This document shows positions 25,370 to 36,900 of a stretch of DNA of 64,000 nucleotides, in pieces; the first letter of the stretch is position 1; each line of letters starts with the position of its first letter. The notes beneath the pieces are model-generated. The model ran no database searches. It was not told where the DNA came from and saw only the letters and a program-made list of their open reading frames with translations. The stretch lies in assembly GCF_030144855.1 (NCBI RefSeq), contig NC_082712.1:137020001-137084000 (forward strand), in the 5' to 3' direction. Both the position numbers and the translations under genes were made by a program. The DNA comes from Hypanus sabinus. Taxonomy: Eukaryota.

Positions 25370-27120
25370 TAGAACCATACCATAGAACACTACAGCACAG
25401 TACAGGCCCTTCAGCCCTCCATGTTGTGCCGACCCATATAATCCTTTAAAAAAGTACTAAACCCACACTATCCCATAACCCTCCATTTTTCTTTCATCCA
25501 TGTGCCTGTCCAAGTGCTGTTAAATACCCCAAATGTTTTAGCCTCCACCACCATCCCTGGCAAGTCATTCCAGGCACTCACAAATCTCTGTGTAAAAAAC
25601 TTACCCCTGATGTCTCCCTTAAACTTCCCTCCCTTAATTTTGTACCTATGCCCTCTGATGTTTGCTGTTGGTGCCCTGGGAAACAGGTACTGACTATCCA
25701 CCCTTATCTATGCCTCTCATAATCTTGTGCACCTCTATCAAGTCCCCTCTCATTCTTCTACGCTCCAAAGAGAAAATTCCCAGCTCTGCTAACCTTGCTT
25801 CATAGGACTTATTCTCTAATCCAGGCAACATCCTGGTAAATCTCCTCTGCACCCTCTCCATAGCTTCCACATCCTTCCTATAATGAGGTGACCAGAATTG
25901 AACACAATACTCTTTAAGTGCAGTCTCACCAGAGACTTGTAGAGTTGCAACATGACCTCTCTGCTCTTGAACTCAATCTCCGTTAATGAAGCTAGCAACC
26001 CATAGGCCTTCTTACCTACCCTATCAACCTGTGCAGCAACCTTGAGGGATGTATGGATTTGAACCCCAAGGTCCTTTTGTTCATCCACACTCTTAAGTAA
26101 CTGACCATTAATCCTGTAGTCAGTCTTCTGGTTTGTCCTTCCAAAATGCATCACCTCACACTTGTCCGGATTGAACTCCATCTGTCATTTTTCTGCCCGA
26201 CTCTGCAGCCTGTCTATATCCTCTTGTAACATTCGATCACCTACAGCTCCATCCACAACTCCTCCAATCTTCGTGTCATCCGCAATCTTACTTACCCATC
26301 CTTCCGCCTCTACATCCAGGTCATTAATAAAAATCACAAACAGCAGGTGTCCCAAGACAGATCCCTGCGGCACTCCACTAGTCACCAACCTCCAGGCAGA
26401 ATACTTTCCTTCCACAACTACCCTCTGCTTTCTTCCTTTAAGCCAATTTTTTTTTATCCTAATAGCCAAGGTTCCACTTATCCCATGCCTTATGACTTTC
26501 TGGATGGGTATCTCATGAGGGACCTTGTCAAAGGCTTTGCTAAAGTCCATGTAGACTACATCCACTGCCCTACTCTCATCAATTTCTTTTGTTACCTCTT
26601 CAAAAAACTCAATCAGGCTCATGAGGTACGATCTTCCTTTCACAAAGCCATGTTGACTATCCATGAGTAGACTGTACTTCTCCAAATGCTCGTAGATCCT
26701 ATCCTTAAGAATCCTTTCCAGTAGTTTGCAGACCACCGATGTAAGACTCACTGGTCTATAGTTCCCAGGTTTCTCCCTATTACCTTTTTTAAACAAGGGA
26801 ACTACATTTGCCATTTTCCAGTCGTCCGGCACTTCCCCTGCAGCTAAAGAGGATTCAAAGATCATAGCTAATGCTCCTGTGAGCTCCTCTCTCAATTCCC
26901 ACAAGAACCTGGGGTGTATCATCTCCGGCCCTGGGGATTTACCAATCTTTATGTTTTTAAGATGATCCAGCACTACTTCTTCCTTAATCTCCATGTTGTC
27001 CAGCACACAGGCCTGCTCTATTTCGACCTCATCCTGATCAAGATCCTTTTCACTTGTGAATACTGAAGCAAAGTATTCATTTAGGACCTCCCAAACCTCC
27101 TCCACCTCCAGGCACGTTGC
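25370..27120 (-). mobile_element. 5'-truncated CR1 (HER1-like) LINE with RT remnant
   Basis: ORF 26185-27105 has NYRPVSLTS, YMDFSKAFDKV, GVPQGSVLG and ADDTKIGG; ORFs 25816-26181 and 25468-25701 continue it; ttctatg-type 3' tail near 25375. Confidence 0.92.
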
Positions 27121-29677
27121 CCTTTTTATCCCTTAGCAGTCCACCTTTGTTCTTGTGCTGGCAGCTCATTCCACACTCCTACCACCCTCTCTGTGAAGAA
27201 GTTCCCCCTCATTAAACATTTAATCTTTCACACTTAACACATAACCTCTAGTTGTAGTCTCACCTGATCTCAGTGGAAAAGGCATGCTTGCATTTACCTT
27301 ATTTCTACCTCTCATAATTTTCTATACCTCTATCAAATCCCCCCTCAATCTTCTACATTCTAGGGAATAAAGTTCCAGCTATTCAACCTTTCTGTATAAC
27401 TCAGGTCATCAAGTCCCAAAACATTCTTGTAAATTTTCTCTACACTCTTTCAATCTTATTTACATCTCTTCTGTAGGCAGGTACACAATACTCCAAACTG
27501 CACACAATATTCCAAATCTGGTGTCTTATACAATTTCAACATAACTTCTCATGTCATTCTACCATACATGGATACCTATGAATACAACCAAAGGAAACAG
27601 CGTTCCTCCGGGGCCAAGGTGCAGAACACAGTAGCAACGGTCATATACAGCACTGGAGGCAGCACACTATCACCGGCTGCAACAGGCAACACCTGCTAAT
27701 ATCAAACACCAATTTGTTCTCAAATGCTAGATGTAATTGTTAGGAGGCATTACATTCATATACACAAACTATCACCATTGTTTACTTGGTTTTCTAGAAT
27801 TCAAATACGTTTAATGAAAATATATTTTAATACAATAAAAAAGACAAGTACATTCATGATGTTTTTGCCCCACAAGAAATTCATCCAAGATCTTCTCTAC
27901 CAATTCTCCTGGTGCATATCCGAATCCAATTTAAAACCAGTTGTTAACTAGCATACAATTTTCAATGAATGGTGTATTTGTTCCTTTTCTCACCACAATT
28001 TCCAATTACCAGATGGACTACCAAATAAATCCCAGTACATCATATTTATCAGCAGTTTCCTTCATCTCTCTGTAAAAATTAAGATAACTTTAAGACTTGC
28101 ATACAAGCATAGATTATTCAGTTATATTGGGGACACCGCTTTAGTTGATTCCATTCTAAGCTTAGGCTAACACATGAAAGTTTAGACATTTCACATACAT
28201 ACTTGTACAAAAAGGCTCAATACTTCCCAAACTGACGTAACATATACATGTAAATCTTAAAAATGTTAATATACAAAATTTATATGTCATCTTCAAATGT
28301 GTTCACATGCAGATGGTCTAATAATTAATGACTGATGTCTAAAATTCTTTTGAAAATTAAAACACCTCTCAGTAAACAGTACACATAATTCTTTGATGCA
28401 ATCAAGCTTTCTGGTGTCAATGCTGGATTGCAGAAATCCCCTTTCTGGTTTACAATAGTTAACATTTAAAGACAGAAAAGGGGTTCCACATACAACTGGG
28501 ATTGTTACACCCTTGGTAATAAATGGTCTGTGACTGCAATTCTAGTCCACTTTACTGAATTCCAACAACCTTAACATTAGTTCTAAAATGTTAAAACCTT
28601 GCAATAATGAAGGGCCAGAGATGCAAGCAGGCCAGGCAGCATCTATGGAAAAGAGTAAACAGTCAATGTTTCTGGCTGAGACCTTTCATCAAGAGTAGGG
28701 GAAAAAAGGAGATCAGAGTAAGATGGCTGGGGGAGGGGAGGAAAAAGTACAAAGTGGTAGGTGATAGGTGAAACGGAGTGAGGGAGGGGTGAAGTAAAGA
28801 GCTGGGGAGTTGGTTGGATAAAGAGATAAAAGGTCTGGGGAAGGGGAAATCAGATAGGAGAGAATAGAAGACCATAGAAGAAAGGGAAGGGGGAGGAGTA
28901 CCAGAGGAAGGGGATGGATGGGTAAGGGGATAAGGTGAGAGGGGAAAACGGGAATGGGGAATTTCTAAAGGGGCGGGCAATTACCAGAAGTTTGAAAATC
29001 ATTTTTCAAAATCAATTTGCCCATGATATTCCTTTGAAACCTTCCAATCCAGGTACTCATCCAAATACTAAAATGTTTTTATAATACCAGTATGAGGCTG
29101 TCCCTCAGGTCCCTTTTGTACTCTTACCCTCTCACCTTAAACCTGTGCTCTGTAGTTTCTGATTCCTCTGTGTGCATTGCCCGTTTATTCCCCTCAACAG
29201 ATGCTGCCCAACTTGCTGAGTTCCTCTAGCATTTTGTTGTGTTTCTAGAAAATTTACAAAATTGATCCACCTGATTAGCTGGGGGCAAAGGAAGGAGAGA
29301 GTCAATGTTCGTAAATGCACCAATAGTAGGTACATTTTTGTCCAAATGGCACAGGAGTTCAACTGAACTGTAATAAATGATTCAGTGGATTTGTCCAGCA
29401 GATTGACATAATTAAATCATTGTGGCTTAATGCATCAGATCAGACAACTCCTATTGTACACAAGATCTTGGGACACATCTGCCATCCTCAATTAATTTCT
29501 CCTTACATCTTCAACTAAATCACTGTCTGCCTCACAATTGTGCAACTTCTGTGACTTAAATAAATGGTATGTTAACTAAACTGGATTAATTTACCAATCA
29601 GAATGGTGAATGGGTACTGGATGGTAAACTGCAAAAGAACAATGAAGTTGACATAAATTATTTTATTCTCAGTTATA

Positions 29678-30584
29678 TAGGCAGTTCCTGGGTTACGTAC
29701 AAGTTCTGTTCCTGAGTCCATCTTTAAGTCTGAACAAGTACATCTGGTATTATAGCAACAGTTAGTCAAACGCTTTTAGTATATATTTTACCTTTCTATT
29801 CATATAAAACACTTAAGAAACATATGTATTCCAATAATTAAACCACTGCGTTGGTTAGTAATAATTGTAGCTTTCATCGGGGCAGGGCATTTCACATGCT
29901 CCATTATTCTCACTTTATCCATTATCCTTTAAAATTGTTCCAATCGTTCACTGACTGTAGCCTAACGCTTTTCCATTCACGGATGGCGTTCCACCTCTTT
30001 CCAAATACTATTATGTTCACTTTATTTTCAATCGTGATCCCTTCCCGTCAATGGAACAGAAATATTGCGGGTGGTGGGTCCCGAGGTCCGCTGGGTCCGA
30101 AAGACCACCGCTCTGAGACAGGTTAAACAGGACAAGTGGGGGCTGTGCTGGGTTTGGGTATTTGATCCTCCACAATATTCCACGTGTGAATTTAAACTGG
30201 AGGTGGCAGTAGGTTTTTTTTTAGCGAGCTCGACATCAACCTGGCACAGATGGTACGGGAGTCACTAGATCGACATCAACCTGGCACGGATGGTATAGGA
30301 ATCAGTGGATCAACAACAACCCAGCACAGAAGCACTCTGTCATTGGATCAAACCTGGGACCTCCGTTCTCAAGCCCGGCGCTGATCTCACTGTGCCACCA
30401 GCCGACTGGAACTGAATGGGGCAGGGTCAGGGTGAATCTTACTAAGAAAAATTTAAGCCAAATACATAGTTAAACACTCAACACAGTGTCAACGGCAACG
30501 ACTTAAAATGGCAGATGGCGTTCTCCTTCCTCGGTTCATAAGTGCGAGTTGTAAGTCAGACGTCCATAACTCGGGGACTACCTA
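29678..30584. mobile_element. Tc1/mariner Tigger-like non-autonomous DNA transposon
   Basis: TIRs taggcagttcctgggttacg and cataactcggggactaccta, each flanked by TA. Confidence 0.75.
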
Positions 30585-30653
30585 TAATTGAAGTGCGTTC
30601 TTCAATTTAAAAAGAGTTCCCATGCTCACTCTTCCAAAAAATGCTGCATAAAT

Positions 30654-30958
30654 TCAACTAAATATCAAGTCATACTGTTTCATATGTTCTTCCAAATTAA
30701 ATTCAAGTTGCAGTTGGATGTGATGCTTATCATTTGCTTTTGGTGTATAAGTTAGTTCAGTGGTGAAACCGCTAGCATTTTCAAGTGGCTTGCTTGTAAC
30801 AAACTCCTTTTCATCAAACGGATAAGCATCTCTGTACCAGATGATATGAGCCTCTTCGAGGGCACATTCTTTAACAGTGCAAGAAAGAGTTACTGGTTGA
30901 CCAATTTTAGGATTTTCTGTGAGGCACTTTATTTCTGAAACCTTCTGCAATACTTCCG
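30654..30958 (-). CDS. Last coding exon: C1-like domain D7 ending QYDLIFS*
   Basis: ttcttttttcag|CG phase 1. VSEIKC..PKIGQPVTLSC..IIWYRD..GFTTELTYTPKAND; paralogous to D6. Confidence 0.78.
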
Positions 30959-33900
30959 CTGAAAAAAGAATTTACAATAAATAACATGAGAACCTTAAAG
31001 GCATTTCAAAAATAAAGACCTACGTGAGTCAGTATCTATTACTGCACTCGCAAAGTCCTTATTTTAATTCTTACAAAGTCTAATGTTTATAGTAAATTAC
31101 CAATTTCCACCTGAACTACTGTTGAAATTCATCAACATTGACCAAGATGCTAAAAGTTAGACAGATCTGCCCACATTGAATGTATATCCCTGAACACTAC
31201 CTGTTCAAATGTCTTCTAGATGTTGTTATTTTACCTGCTCCAATACTTCCTCTGTCAGCTTACTTGATATACTATGTATCATTCTCTGCCTCAGGTCCCT
31301 TGAAAATGTTTCTCCTCTCACACTTACACTCTCTAATTTTCAATTCCCTTTGATGGGAATACAATTTGTGCATTCATCCTAACTACGTCCCATATGATAT
31401 TATACACCTCTAAGATCACCTCTCAGTCACAGATACTCCAACAAATAAAGCGCTAGTCTGCTCAGCCTCTCCCTATAACTCACCTCACATTTGACACAAC
31501 TTCCATGATCTGTTTTTGCTGGTGTAAATTTTATGCTTGTAATTGATGAAACCAGAACTGCTTCTGCAATCACACAATGACCTGTTTTTGTGTCTTTCCA
31601 TCTTTATACCACATTACTTTGATTTTCGCAGGAACATAGCCTTTCAAGATGCTAAATGTTGCAGGCTATTTAGCTTGAAGTAGTTCCAGATCACTTTTAA
31701 TATCAGATATCTCCTCTCAACTTAAACCAATGCTCTCTAGTTTTTCCTTTCCCTTTGATGGGAAAAATATTTGTGCATTCATCCTGACTATGCTCCATAT
31801 TATACTATACAGCTGTAAGATCACCTCTCAGTCTCCGATACTCCAACAAATAAAGTCCCAGCTGCTTAGCCTCTCCCTATAGCTCACCTCCCTGAGTCCT
31901 GGCAACATTCTCATAAATCTGCTTTGCACTCTTTCCAGCCAATGATATCTTTTCTATAGAAAATATCATATCCACTCTTAACACACTCATCTGGAATATG
32001 CTTCTCCTTTCTCGGTATTCTCAACACAGTGGATCACATGCCAGTTCACCCATCTTGCCTTGTCAGCATTTCATGATCTGAACCACAATCATTCCCTCCA
32101 TCACATTCGCTAGAGAAGAGACGTACAGCAATAAAGGAGTTTATTTGTTAACACAGATGTCACAAATACGTATCAGGTGAAAGTGTGGGATGCATGCTCG
32201 GCAAGATTCTTTAAAACAGAGTCAGTATTCATTGCCTTGTGGAAGAGAAGGGAAGTGATCTTGTTTTAAAATGGAGGCCTAAAGTGATTACAAGCACGTT
32301 CAGGTATGGAAGTTAGCAACAGAGTCTACCATAAAAATCCAGTCCACCTTAGAGTATTTGAAGAGTTGACGACATGATAGAGCCTAAAGGAAAAAGTAGT
32401 TCGCCATAAGGTGCTCAAGTGTCTGTTTGGAGATGACTACTTTGTTGGTATTTACATATATAATAAGAAGAAACAGTTGGTAGACAAATGACGTGAGAAA
32501 TTCAATTTTGTAAAGCTTAATCAGATCTGTGTTTGGCTGTTTCAGTGTATTCTTGTTATCATCTACAGATCAGTGGAAATTTATTGGATATGGGCACCCG
32601 AGAAATGAAGGCAGCAATCAGACAGGTCCATTGAAATGGACTGGCAGCTTGTAGACAGCTTAAGTTCACCAAGAAATGAAGGCAACATACTGACGGGGCA
32701 CTGAAATGGTCTAGCAGCCTGTATAGAATGGCTCAAATTCACCATTCCAAATACTAATTCTTGTCTCATATGTAATAATCTAAAATTCTACTTTGCCCCA
32801 ATAATGGATTTCAAATGAATGAACACTTTACCTTCACTTGTTGCTCTATTGCTGTCATCTTCATTGACAGCATTGTCTGCAGGGAAAAAATGGAAGTTTA
32901 ATAAAATCAAACATTAGTCAAATCAAATTAGTCCTTAGAAATTTAAAACACTAATTATCTAGATACTACTAAAACTCTCATGCTCTGTTTGTTTGTTTGT
33001 GACCGCCAGTTAGCGCAAACAGTGCACTACAGCGGCACATTTTTTTGGCTAAATCAACTTAAAATGCGTTAATTTACAGAATGCAGGTAAAGTTCAGCGT
33101 TATATATTGGTATAAAATTGCTCATTTGCCAAAAATCAACAGCCCCGCTTTCACCCGAGAGTCGATCCACCATCATGAAAATTGGGAGGCGACACCAGGA
33201 TGCAATGCGCATGGCCAGCCTCAGCAGCGACACCAAGCGGAGCAAAAGGGCAGGGCAGCTCTACTTCAATTCTCTCAAATAGTGCCCCAATGGGTCACCC
33301 CATTGTCTAGTTTCATCTAACCAGATGTCAAAACAACTGTAGCTACCGAGAAATATCTATTCACAGCAGTAGAAAAAACACACCAGTTCAGTCAATGTGA
33401 GGACTTGATTTGCAGTAAATGGTTAAATTAAGTTTAAATAAATCATTGCATCTATAACAACATTATTGGAATGTGTCACATGAACACACTAGAATAGTGC
33501 ACTGTTCCCTGTTACAATTGATGGTGAAGTCGTTGCTGGGGCGAGGACCTACAAGTAGTTGGGGCTGCAACTGGATGAAAGACTTGAGTGGAGCTCAAAC
33601 ACACAGGCTGTGTCAAAGAAGGGCCGGAGTCACTTCTACTTCTTGAGGAGACTGAGGTCCTTTGGATTGTGCAGGTTTCTCCTTCACTTCTTCTACCAGT
33701 CTGTTGTCGCCAGTACAATCTTCTCTGTAGTGGTCTGCTAGGGCAGTGGCATCAACACGGGCAATGCCAGCAGGCTCAATAAACTGTTTAGAAAGGCTGG
33801 CTCTTTCATAGGTGTTCAACTGGACACACTACAGGCTGTCATAGAACAAAGGACACTACAGGAAATACTGGACAATGATTCGCGCCCTCTGTATGCCACA

Positions 33901-36900
33901 AGGGCTGAACAGAGGAGAAATTTGGGTAATAGACCAAATCTACCATGCTACTCCAAGAGTGCTATATAAAGTCATTCTACCTTCGGCCATTAGGCTCTAT
34001 AATTAGACAGCTGACAGCCGGTTAAGTGATGAACCCCTATTGTTAGATAGTTTGAGGTAAACTTTTCCCTTCTACTATTTATATCTGTGCACTTTTAATT
34101 CTAATCTGACACTGTAATTTCCTTTGGGATCAATAAAGTATCTATATCTATCTATTCCAAGATCTTCCTTGGAGGCCTAATTAGAATTCATTCTTTTGAA
34201 CTTTGTCTCTTCGTGAACCACCTCACATTTGATACAATATAAAAGATCTGTTTTTGCTAGTGTAAACTTTATGCTTGTAATTGATGAAATCAGGCCATCT
34301 TCTGCAATCTCACGATGACCTGTTTTTGCGTCTTTCCATCTTTATACCATGTTTCATTGATTTTCAAAGGAACATAGCTATTCAAGATGCTAAACATTGC
34401 AGGCTTTTTAGCTTGAAGTAGTTCCGGATCACTTTTAATATCAGATATCTCCTCTCAACTTAAACCAAAGCTCTCTAATTTTGCCATTCCCTTTGATGGG
34501 AAAAAGATTCATGCATTCATCCTGACTATGGCCATATGATATTATACCCCTCTAAGATCACCTCTCAGTCTCCAATACTTCAACAAGTCCTAGCCTGCTC
34601 AGCCTCTCCCTATAACTCACCCCCTTGAGTCCTGGCAACATTCTCATAAATCTGCTTTGCACTCTTTCCAGCCAATGATAACTTTTCCATGAGAGTAAAC
34701 AAAGCTGTGTGCAATATTCCATGTGCTGCATTACCAACATCTTGTACAACTGAAATGCAATGCCCTGGCCACCTACATTCAATGCCCTGATGAAGGCCAA
34801 ATGTGCTTTCTTTTCCAACTGACTACTGGTAATGCCACGTTCTCATAGAGATATTAAAAATATATTTCTAAACACCCTCATCTGGACTATCCCTCTCCTT
34901 TCTAGGCACTCTTTGAACAGTGGATCACAGTTTACCCATCTTGCCTTGTCAGCATTGCAGGATCTGAACCACACTCAAATCCTCCATCCCATTCCATAGA
35001 GAAGAGAGATACAGTGATAAGGGAGTTTACTTGTCAATGCAGAAGTTACAAATACGTGTCAGATTAAAGTGTGGGATGCATGCTCGGTAAGATTCTTGAC
35101 AACAGAGTCAGTATTCATTGCCTTGTGGAAGAAAAGGGAAGTGATCTTGTATGAAAATGGAGGCCTAAAGCGATTAGAAGCATCTTCAGGTATGGAAGTT
35201 CACACCAGAGTCTACCATAAAAATCCAGTCCACCTTAGAATACTTGAGGAGTGGACGACATGACAGACACTCAAGGGAAAAGTAGTTCGCCATAAGGTGC
35301 TCAAGTCTGTCTGGAGATGACAACTTTGTTGATATTTACTTATATAATCAAGAGAAACAGGAGGTATACAAATGACATGAGAAATTTAATTTTGTAAAAC
35401 TTAAGCTGATCAGTATTTGGCACTTTCAATGTATTCTTGTTAACATCTAAACATCAGTGGAAATTTATTCGATATGGGCACCCAAGAAATGAAGCCAGCA
35501 ATCAGACAGAGCACTGAAATGGTCTAGCAGCCTGTATAGAATGGCACAAGTTCACCATTCCAAATACTAATGCTTGTCTCATGTGTAATAATCTAAAACT
35601 CTATTTTGCTCCAATAATGGATTTCAAGTACACTTTACCTTCACTTTTTGCTCGAATGCTGCTGTCTTTCTTGTCAACATTGTCTGTCAGGGGAAAAAAA
35701 GCAGTTTAATAAAACCCAACACTAGACAAATCAAATCAGCTCTTAGAAGTTTAAAACACTAATTATCTCATCTAACCAGATCTTAAACATGTGTATCCAC
35801 CTGGATTCATCTATTCCCAGCATTAGTCAAAAATCCACACCAGTTCAGTCAATGGGAGGACTTGCTATGAATTAAATGGTTAAACTACTATTGTGTTAAG
35901 TTTAAAATAAATCATCATTGTATCTATAACAACTTTATTGAAATGAGCCACATGAACATACGAGTACTCTGCACTGCTCACTGTTACAATTGATGGTGAG
36001 GACGTGGCTATGAAGAGGAGAGAAGTGTGGGATGCTTGCTGAAAAAGATTATTGACACCAGAGTCAGGATTCACTGCTTCTTGGAAGAAAAGGGAAGTGA
36101 TCTTGTTTTAACATGAATGCCTGAAGGGTATAAGGCATGTTCAGGCATGGAAGGTGCACGAGAATATACCATGAAAATCCAGTCCATGATAGAATACTTG
36201 AAGAGTGGATCACTCGACACGGCCAAGGGAAAAGCACATGATCCTTCTACAGCTGCTCATGGTTTACAGTAAGGTGCTGAAGTGTCTCTTTGGAGAGGAC
36301 TACCTCTTTGATCTTTACTCATCTGATCAGAGAAACATTGGTGTTCAAATGACAGAGAAAAAATTAATTTGTAAAGCTTAATTAGATCTGTATTTGGCTC
36401 TGAGTATACTTCTGTCATCATCTCACAAACTGTGGAAATTTATTGGATATGGGCACCCAAGAAATGAAGGCAGCAGACTGACAGAGCGTTGAAATGGACA
36501 GGCAGCTTGTATACAACAGATTAAATTCACCATTCCAAATACTAATGTTTGTCTCATATGCAATAATATAAAATTCTACTTTGCCCCATTAATGAATTTC
36601 AAGTTAACGAACACTTTACCTTCACCGATCACTCCATTGCTAACAACTTGCTTGTCAAGCTTGTCTGTCCAGAAAAAAAAAGTAGCTTAATAAAACCCGA
36701 CATTAGTCAAATCAAATTATCTCTTTAAATTTAAAACATTAATCATTTCATCTAACCAGATATTAAACTGTAACCACCGAGAATTATCTATCCACAACAT
36801 CAGGAAAAAAAAAGTTTCAAAGTGAGGCTTGATATGAAGTGAATGGTTAAGTTAATAATTTGTTAAGTTTGAAATAAATGATCATTGCATCTATAACAAC

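Noticed and set aside
35069-35263. Plus-strand ORF in the conserved intronic block shared by three duplicated units
   Set aside because: The paralogous copies (about 32180 and 36025) have stops and frameshifts at different places, and I recognise no protein family; probably an old unclassified repeat.
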